A DNA stretch of 64,000 bases from Balanoglossus misakiensis. Its lineage: Eukaryota > Animalia > Hemichordata. The notes under the pieces were generated by a model. That model was not told where the DNA came from, searched no databases, and saw nothing but the letters and a program-made list of their open reading frames with translations. The position numbers and the translations under genes were made by a program. How positions within the stretch are numbered: position 1 is the first letter of the stretch; each line of letters starts with the position of its first letter. The stretch lies in NCBI GenBank assembly GCA_040954595.2, contig CM082583.2:7066849-7130848 (forward strand), read 5' to 3'. Shown in pieces: positions 54,780 to 64,000 of this stretch.

Positions 54780-55081
54780 CTGTACTCGGGCTTCGCTGAG
54801 GTCAAGCCGTAGAGCAAGTTCTTCACGGGTGAAAACGTCTGGATATTGTGTTTTTTCGAAGGCTCTCTCTAGTTGATGAAGTTGGTACGTCGTGAAAGTG
54901 GTTCGGCTACGCCGCACTTTGCGAGGCTTTTCCGGGGTTCCGTCTTGCTCGGAATTGGATTCGGTCAGTTTCTGGTCATCGCCGTCCTTCAGAACGCCGC
55001 TATCTCCGCTATCGTTCATCAGCGGGCTGCCGGCCGGCGATCCGGCCTCGCTCCTGACCAGGGCCTCGTCGCCGGGGTCTC
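54780..55081 (-). CDS. hbn: Homeobrain coding exon 2 (homeodomain residues 1-46)
   Basis: Acceptor ttttcttgttcacctccag|GA; encodes [50 protein letters not shown], whose [27 protein letters not shown] signature is Hbn-type; donor CAG|GTAACT, phase 0. Confidence 0.94.
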
Positions 55082-56739
55082 CTGGAGGTGAACAAGAAAA
55101 CGCCGATGACATGGTGACTACGGTCAAGTTGGCGCAAAACACGACAATTGCTTTATACTTTTCAGAGTTAACTGGCTGGTACCAAGATGAGCTGTTTGCG
55201 TTCAGTTGAGAAATACGCGCGCCCTATTAATATTTTATGAACTAATACTTTTTTCTATGAAGTGTAAGTCGAATTTCACGTACAAAATAAGGATAACGGA
55301 CCCACCCATAACTATATTACTCAAACCCGTTGCTCATGCAGTATTGATCTGAAGAAAACAAATGCAGCCCGGCAGATGACTTGGCTTCCGCACGTTCCAT
55401 CAAAATGCATTATTTTAATTTAGGGATTATTTTCTGTGTAGAATGATCGTAAATATATTATAAGCACCGGCGTGGAATTCATCAATATGCGTATAAACTA
55501 CAAAGCGTAGGACAATGGCCGGTGCAAAAGCGGTGTGTAATATAGACTCACGACAATGGCGTCACGAGCTAATGATCATGAAGATAAAAATTAGTCGGAC
55601 TAAATAAAGAATATTAGCTCCATTATGCCATCCCACGGGATTTGTTTAATTAAACTCGTTTATACCGCGAGTTAATAAATAGGCACTTGTTGTCAATTAA
55701 ACTGGGCAAGCATTACCCTCATGATCAACAAAAAGGGGAAAATCTCAATGAGAAGACAGTGTAATGGATACCGTTCTCGTGGGAGTAAGAGACATGGAAA
55801 TTGACATCTTATTGTGCGACGCACACATAAGAAAATCATTTAATTTGTACACTTGATGGATTTCAGCTAGATTGTCGTGAAATTTACGACGGCAAGCTAG
55901 GAAGATATCTGTGGTGGAAATCGTCTTAAAAAAGAAATTAATTCATTGTCGACAGAGGGTGAGACAGAGTGGTCATCGTTTATTAATGACAAACTCTAAT
56001 AACGGGACAGGGTGAATTTGGAACATAAACAAAAAAATCGAATGAAATGATGTGACGGGCGTTCCACACTGCTGCAAGTATAGAACACACGACAGATATA
56101 TCCCCAATGCATGGTTACTACTACCGTCCCATGCAGATTGGACGGGGCACAAACAAGTCGGTGCCTCGCCGGGTTTTCATTGCCCGTCCCGTTTATACCA
56201 GCAAGTCTGCAAGTACTGAATACCGCGTCAGCTTGCACCAGGATTTTATTTAATTAAGTGTTAATGTAACCGTACTGGAGAGACATCTGGAATTGTGCAT
56301 TTTTATCTCATTTTGGACACTCTATACCGCGCAACCCGGCATCTGGTCAACAGTCAACGCAAAGCCTGTTGCGTCGCGTTTTATTTTCTGAACTCGAATT
56401 TCCCATGAACATAAAACGCATAGCTTTCATTGTTTGTGTTGTTTTGTTTAAATGTGTTTCATTTCATTATTTGTTCAGAGGCTTCGCATTGCGCAGACCG
56501 TCTAATTACTCATAACCAACCCGCAAAATAGTCTAACGGTATATTACGACAACCCGACGCAGCTGTGCGTGTAACTGTAGATTTAAGCTAAAAATCGCCC
56601 GGGAAGCGACTGACCTCCCCGAAGGATGACACCACATACTGTACTATCATTTGACCAGAACTTATTCCAGTTTCCCCCCGCCTGGTTACATATCAGTTGG
56701 CTGGGAGTGCATAGGAAAACAGAAGGGAAATGGCCTTAC
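55082..56739 (-). other. hbn: hbn intron 1 (1658 bp, phase 1)
   Basis: GT..AG boundaries with compatible phases. Confidence 0.87.
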
Positions 56740-57049
56740 CTCTTCGTTGGCTTGAATTGGCGAATTCGGTTGGTGGCGTTCCCTCGTCAGCCAGTGGCGA
56801 CATCGACTCGGAGCCGGGCGATACAGGGGTATGTACTTCGCGTTGTCCCCTACTATCCGGGTTGCCTTCCGTGTGGGACGGGGACTCCGGCGGCTGAGAG
56901 CAGGGCTTGTGTCCGAGGATCACGTCGATGGAGTACGCGCTCGGCTTGGTCACGTTCGGGCTCCGGCGAGGAGTGCACGATATTTTGGCAGGAGACGCGT
57001 CACCGCTCGGCTGCATGGTGACTTTGGGTGGCAGAACCTCCGATGTCAT
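56740..57049 (-). CDS. hbn: Homeobrain coding exon 1 (octapeptide)
   Basis: First in-frame ATG (AAACATG) at 57049; the ORF-track start at 57181 is a GTG. Encodes AYSIDVILG; donor AG|GTAAGG at 56739; 310 nt, phase 1, joins exon 2 in frame (G+GA=Gly). An alternative ATG lies at 57016. Confidence 0.88.
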
Positions 57050-57177
57050 GTTTCGAAAGCGCTTCAAAAAAACGTTCACGAAAACAAAAGTGCTCGGGCA
57101 CTGCGAATAGCGAGGATGGGGAACGTTTGGGCTTTTTACGCGTATACCGAGTTCTCGTGTGTAACTTTCGTGGTCTC

Positions 57178-57245
57178 TCACTGCAAAGTAACTCTCATGC
57201 CCATGTGTACGGTTAGTTTAAAACGACCACTTGTCAATCAAACTC
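57178..57245 (-). promoter_or_regulatory. Candidate hbn core promoter
   Basis: On the - strand: TGATTGACAA (57231-57240), TATA-like TTTTAAA (~57217-57223) and Inr-like GAGTT/GCAGT at 57180-57195. Confidence 0.35.
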
Positions 57246-60200
57246 GGTGTAACAATTGACTCAACGTCGATACACTGTGTGCTACTAGCATTAAAACACG
57301 CTGTTAATACAATTACAAACGGACCCTCTAAGCGTTTGATAATAGGCTCCACTCGCAGCAACCACCAGTCGTACCCTGTTCCGAGTTGGCAATATTACGA
57401 ACCAAGCTGGGCGGCCTCTAAAGGACCCCCTCTGTGGTGAGAGAAAGTGTTTATTTGCTGGTTATGTACGTTGATAAAGCGCGGCTATTGGCTATCGGAT
57501 CCCCAAAATACGGGTGCCCTCCGCTGCGAAATTATTTAGCGGACGAGCTGGTTGAACAAGGGGGTTGGTTCATGACGAACGCCGCCAGTAAGGTGGCCTG
57601 TAGTTGCGGTTCCCAAAGATGATCGGTTAGTCAAACTTGGGCGGGCAAGCTCCACCATAAACCATTTTAGCCCGGCCCTATGTCAACTTAGAATGAGTGA
57701 TTAAGAAAGGGTCTTAATGAGTTAGCTACCATTAGCAACAATGCCATTGTTTGCCATTGTGTAGTTTCTCCGCCAACTTTTGGCATGTTTTTGTGTACTA
57801 ATTCTCGCTACAGGTGATCTTTCTTCTACAAATCAGTGTTTAGCACCTCGATGCATAATCGAATTGTCTGTTAGTGCTCAATTAAAATGCGCAGGTCGGC
57901 TAATTAGTGACGAGAATCGAACCGCAGCGTGAGACTTCAAGAAAAAGGGGAGCTACAAAATCTCGAAATAATTGCGGGAAGAATTGCTTTTATTTTTTTT
58001 CTTCCGCGCCCAAAAGCGAGATGTGTCACATTCAATCGCGTGACACGCACACCGACCAGCTAGTATGCGTTGATTCTCGACTAGCATCTTCATACGCATT
58101 CCCCGAGTTCAAACACTGAAGCAAATATCATATTTCATTACATTTCACGCCAGGACAACCACGGGTGACTGATTTGACATCGTCTATTTCAGGGTGAAAA
58201 CCCCACAACACGAAAGTGAGTTCGACGCAACTCAAGTCGCGCCGAAGATAGCCATCTCGACAAATTGTTTTCACAACATTAAATGCCCCACCCCGCCAAT
58301 TACGTACACTAAACAAAAAAGTGCGTGTTTCTCTGACTATTGGGAGGAAATGCTATGCTGGAACGGAGCCAAGGTGCGGTAGGTACGGATGTAGGTCCCC
58401 CACCAGCAAGTCAAGTTTTGCTGTATCGCGCCACTTTCTTTTGATTCTTAAAAAAACTTAGAGTTAATTTCGAAACTGCCGTTCCTGTTCGAAGATTTGA
58501 AAAAAAATGACCTGTTTCATTCAGACTGCAATTAATCAATTTCTACACGCGAATACGCGATACCCGTACAAAATCACTTATTGGCCTTCGCTAATTAATT
58601 TGCTCGTCTTTGTTTAATTATCTCGACAAACGCCGTGTTAATTTTGCCCCCTTGTCTGTACACTTGCCTCTGACAACCACTAGAAGGACTTAGCCAGTCC
58701 GACCGTCCAGACAATACCCTCTCAACAACCTAGTGCACATTACCGATGTCGCCACTCGGACCAAGTGCAGAAAATGTCTGTTTTTCAAACAAGCGCTGGC
58801 TGAATGACCCCTAATTAACGGCTTGATTACTCCAATTAGTCATGGGTTGTGAAAAAATGTTGCATAACAACGGTAATGACAAGTTTGTGTAAACTTTCCC
58901 ACCTTGTACATCCTCCTGCCTGTTTGACTTAAAAGTTATCGCCCCTTTTCAGGTTTACGTGCATATCCAAACTCTAAATAAACTTGTGACCACCCGGCTT
59001 AAGAAAGCTAATGTTAATGGACAAGTTCAAGGGCCTTCGTCGTGCAATCCTCTTACCGCTTCCCACTTTCTTAAAACACAAAGTGTTTGTGTCCCTAATT
59101 AGGCATTGTTTGCAGTGCGTAGCACAACACAGGCCCTATTTTAGACGCGGGTCAGTTCTCCATATTCCTGAAAGTTTGAAACTGTCGATTCCTGGACTGA
59201 CTGGGCTGGCTTCCATGCATGCACGCGGTCTCCGATTACCAACCGTGGGCCGAAACGGCATTTGGCGTCGCAATTTAACATCGGACGCTCGTTTACACTT
59301 ATCTGGCACATGAATTGGAGTCTTTAGATTCCAGAAAGGTGTATAACAGGAAGAATATCTATACTGTCGTGTACGGATGACAAAGGGACTTACTTGATAT
59401 AGCTTGTAGACGATCATTTGGAACTTTCAAATTCTCCATTTGGTGTGCAGTTGACAATGACGGACACGTTTACGGCGACCAGCTCAGAACACTTTATTCA
59501 ACAGGCGATTTCATGTCGCCTCAAAGCGTGGTGAATATTCCGCATTGCACCAAAGATCTCTGTTAAAAGTGGAGCTATGCACGGAAGAAAAAGAAAGAAA
59601 ACAAACTTTGAGATTAGCAATATTGAAAGTTCCGCGGGACAGGAAGCGATCAGCTGATCGCTATCGGCACGTTAATGTCATTAAGTATAGATCAAACACC
59701 GGACAAACATTTGATAAACATTTGCTGGGTACTTTAACTGGACATGATTGACACGTTCTCACATATCGCGTCAATTAATTAATCTGACGGCGAACAAACA
59801 CAAATGTGTCGAGGGCGGTTTCCTGTGCTTGCAGCTAGCAGAAGGAATGCTGCATCTCAGGGGCGAGCAACGCAACTGGAAATATAAATTCAAGGAAACA
59901 GTCCTCTGAACGTTCTTAACTGGCGGCCTGTGACTAATATACTCTGGCAGTGCCAGAACAGAAACACTGCTGCAGAAAAGCTAATTTCACTGTATGGAAG
60001 CACTCGACTTAAATTCTCGGAAAAAAAGGGGATAAATGAGTCAAGACGTTACAATGAGCGATTACAATCCGCCGCGTGTGTCCTCGTGTTGAAATGAAAG
60101 TATCTTTTCTTAATAAAAATCATATAGTTTTTGATTACCCGCGGCATTTTGCGGAAATGCAAGTGTCGTAAAACCTCGGAATTACGAGAAGCTTGGCAAC

Positions 60201-63200
60201 GTTCGCAGAAAGTTTCGGTGGAGTTGTATGTACAGTATACGAAAGAAGCAATTACATGGTTTTCTTTAAAAAGTTTGAGCAAAAGTTTCCAATTCGCCAG
60301 CATTCAGAATTCAATGCTTGCTTTCTGAGGACCCATAACTTTATACATTATATCCATTTTCAAATTCCCGAATTCCGATTGTCTACCCTCTGTACCACCC
60401 GCCCCTTCTTGCCGCTCGCCCCTCCCCAACTTTAGATAAATCACACTTCTGCGCAACAACACAGTCACCGCACTGCATTGTGGGGTAACCGGGAAAGTTT
60501 TCTCGGCTGGCCATCAATAGGCCCCTAAAATACTGGCTGACTGGCGGTAAAATAAATGCCTCGTACTTATTTTGTAAAGAATCGGTCGGAGAAGGTTAGG
60601 GGGGGGGGAGTAAGCTGCAATTTTAAAGTATGTTCTATGTGTGTCAACTGCAGTAATAGTTCTTATTCCACTCACCGAAGCACATTGTAACATCACGACA
60701 CAGCCTCCACTTTCATTCCATCGTCACAGAGTAACTTGTGCAAGTTGTTGATGGCAACGGATTTGACGGCTGGCCTTGGCTTGTCTGTTGGATATAAAAG
60801 GATTTAGATTTAACAAAGCGAATGCTGGAATGCTTCGGGGAATAAAATAAAATAGGAAAAGTGAAATTAATACACAGAACATATATCAAGACGCAGAAGC
60901 AATATCCCGAGAAACTGTAAGTGCGCGCAGAGAAAACTAAAAGAAACGGTGTAACTGGTAATGTTTTTTCTCTGGATGCTTCCTCAGTCCCAGAAGCACG
61001 TTGAATATCAAATAATCACCTGGCACCCTACAGAAAAGCTCGTGTACCACGTGTGTAACTTGCGTTTTGATAACAATGGAAATTTAGACCATCCCCAGAA
61101 ACTGCTTAGACTATGCACAGGCTACGTGTAGGTGTTGACAACGCGAGTATTGGAATATTGGGCGTCTAAACACGAAGTAAAATAAGAAAAATGGACTCAA
61201 CATTGAGAAGAAAATATAGTAAAGGGATTACAAACGTTTAAACTACCTTCCCTTGGGTATAAAAAATACGTCACTTTATTTTAAATGCTATTCTAATATT
61301 GGTGCCTGGTGGGAAGAAAGACGGACGATTGTAGATTTATACAGCCGCGGGAAATACACAACAACACAATAAAGACTTTTCTAATGACTCGTGTTTCGGA
61401 TTTGTTTTGCATATCAAATTAAAAACGATGCCGACTGAAAACAAAATTATATTTTAAAGAAAGCTGAAAATGGAGATTTTAGTCTCTCATTTCACCAAAT
61501 GAAAAATAATAATTGCAATTAACAGTATGATTTACTTCTGCATCATTAGTTTGCAGTGGATTGACGATTTCTGTTTCGAATGATCTTGTTGATTTCATTT
61601 TGTTCATTCAGCAGTAGACAGATGTTTACGTTCGTTAGATGAGGCGCATTTCCCCTATAAATGATGTCCACTGTGAGATGAGACCCCGCCCACACCCTGT
61701 AGATATCCGTTTACAAGTTTTCCGATCTTTTCAGGGTAAGGCACGTGACACCTATACTCAAAATCTCGGGGAAAGGAAACATTAACAGATATGTACTGAT
61801 CTAGCGGGAAAAATCGAACAGATATTAGCTACTTTGACTGAGATGCCCCTTCGCAAATTCTGTTGACTAAAATTAGCGGACGACCCCGAGTAGTACTGCA
61901 CTGAATATCAAAGTGAACATTTTACAAAACAGCGGCGAGAACTGACGATTTTTTGGCTTTTTGGTAAGCAATCCCTTTCGCGATGGACGATCTATTTGGT
62001 GATTAATTTGGTATATTGGCTTTAAAGTCCACCCTCTTAATCTCGTTTCGGGTGTTATTTTGCTGGAAGCCATCTTCTGCGGAGAAAATTACCGTTATTT
62101 TGATTCTTAACGGGCGGGTAACGAGGATTGCAGCGGGCGTAATGCGCTGCACGGGCAGACGACGAGAGCAAATCCCGCCACGATTCCCATTATTAACGCA
62201 GAGAGCATAGAAAAGAAAATCACGCGAAATGGAAAGTTTTCACCGGCTAAAATTACCTGAAAGGGTAATTTTCTCCCTAACGAGCGCGTGGTGAGCGTTT
62301 ACCTCAACGTTCAATATAACACTAGCCGTCATCAGAAGTTTCTTTTCGCGGCGTACACAACGTGTAATGACAACGCCTGAAAATGACAAACGCCCTGTCC
62401 TTATCGGCGGCTATTTACTCCTGTTTCAATATGATACGTTTCAGCTTCGCCCTTTCAAGAGAAAATCACCAAAATCACCAGCGAATTTTCAAATAGCTCT
62501 TCGTTTGTTGACAAAGACGATGCATCTTTATCGGCAATACACACTTCGCATCCCTTTGTCATCTTTTTTGTGCAAATTGCTAAAATTTCACGCCAGGATT
62601 AAAAGATGATAAGCAATTTCAATGAGATGAAAATGGGCTTTTTTTAAGAAAGTCTTTCCCAAAGGTCTTTATAATAGTAAAATTACCCTTACTGAGCGTT
62701 TTAATGAGCTCCACGCTAGTATAAAAAGGGTCAACACAAAAGTATTACGATTACTCAATATTTCCAGTGGGCCAATAATGACTACTCTATATCATTGTCA
62801 TTAAATTAATTTCTAGAAAAATGCTCAGCCATTTACATGTATTTTGCAACAAATTAGTCATAATTCAACGTTTCCAAAGCAATAAGAAATCACGAGCATC
62901 ATGGGTAATGACTACACTTCCGGCCTGATGTGTTGCCAAAACGCACAGCCTATGTCAAGTTGTAGTGTGGGGGAACCTGGTTGGCGTTATACGCGTCCGC
63001 GTCTATTTCTGTAGCCTTCACAGGAGATATATGTTGGCTTGATTCTGCGTGTTCGTGTTAAGGTGCCGCGAAAACGAAAAGATGGCATGGTTTCTTTTTT
63101 GCATCCATCTCCGACTGACTGTACTTGCACTTTCGGTGCTCGCTCAATGGGTAATTGCCTGCAAATTGCAGCTCATTTGATGCACTAAAGATAGCCAAAG

Positions 63201-63895
63201 TAGACGGTATTCTGTAAGTAAATCATAGGGAAATCCCTTAAACCCATGTATTAAACTGTGCAAACCCCGCCTACATTGCTTACCGACCGACCGGCCATCG
63301 TCCCTGGGGAGTTTTTGACACGGATCTCTTCTGCGCATTCTCGCCTCCTTGCGAGGCTCGGGGCTGTCAATTCTCCACGTTGACCGAGCTGCCGTGGTGA
63401 CCTCTGAACTTTGACATCACTCAAGGTGCTCAGGGACTCATTGTGGAACTTGACAATCCGGGTGATAATGCCTTGATTGTACTGCAATCCCAATTGATAT
63501 CAAGCTGCTTGTCGAGATAGATCACATCGAAAGCAACTTAAAAGAAAAGAAAAAAGCACAGATTTTAAAAATACATTTCATTCACACTTTTATATTTCTT
63601 CTTCCCCGAGAAAACTTTAAAACTAACAAAGAACGCCTTCATTTGTCATTTTACAATATTTTCATTTTCGCATAACAGCTCGTTTCTGACAATCAAGACG
63701 GCTGCCAAACTCACGTCGTGACAATGGTCCGAGATTGGCGAGAAGGAGAAAATAATCAAGCATTAGTTTCGCTAGTAACAGAAAGGTTAAGATTCCCATT
63801 TAATATGGGAGTAAAACGGTTCAGCATGTTCAGAGGAATTGTTTTAATAATTTAGTTTTCCTATGATCACACTGATGTATTAATGGCCATCTCCC

Positions 63896-63928
63896 CTGTC
63901 TGTCTGTATGTCCGTCTGTCTGTCTGTC
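63896..63928. repeat. (TGTC)n microsatellite
   Basis: Directly visible. Confidence 0.8.
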
Positions 63929-64000
63929 TTCCAACCATCTAATTATCATTCTCAAACCAAATCTTAAAATAAAGGCATTTGAATAACTTGGAATTAAAAT

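Noticed and set aside
57050-57181. 44-aa N-terminal extension of Hbn in the ORF track
   Set aside because: It starts at a GTG and is most likely 5' UTR; the first in-frame ATG is 57049.
1-64000. Prokaryote-type systems (CRISPR arrays, operons), rRNA or tRNA genes
   Set aside because: The genes are spliced animal genes, and I saw no repeat-spacer arrays or structural RNA signatures.

Overview
Eukaryotic (invertebrate animal) genomic DNA containing two complete, convergently transcribed, three-exon PRD-class homeobox genes. On the + strand is rx/rax (join 9036..9342,11956..12218,19862..20386; 364 aa; octapeptide HSIDAILG, Q50 homeodomain, Rx-domain PLPMDPWL, C-terminal OAR). On the - strand is homeobrain/hbn (join complement 56740..57049,54780..55081,43361..43867; 372 aa; octapeptide YSIDVILG, Q50 homeodomain, OAR). 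This is two-thirds of the ancient homeobrain-rx-orthopedia (HRO) cluster; no otp exon was found in the window. The rest is non-coding: large introns, a ~23 kb tail-to-tail spacer, microsatellites, one decayed ~1 kb MITE-like element, and candidate cis-regulatory motif clusters (RFX X-boxes, Pbx-Meis decamers, paired-homeodomain P3 palindromes, Sox and CSL sites). Almost all other ORFs in the track look like chance or antisense shadows. I found no new protein-coding system; the leads are regulatory and splicing hypotheses. Motifs were found by eye, so counts may be incomplete.
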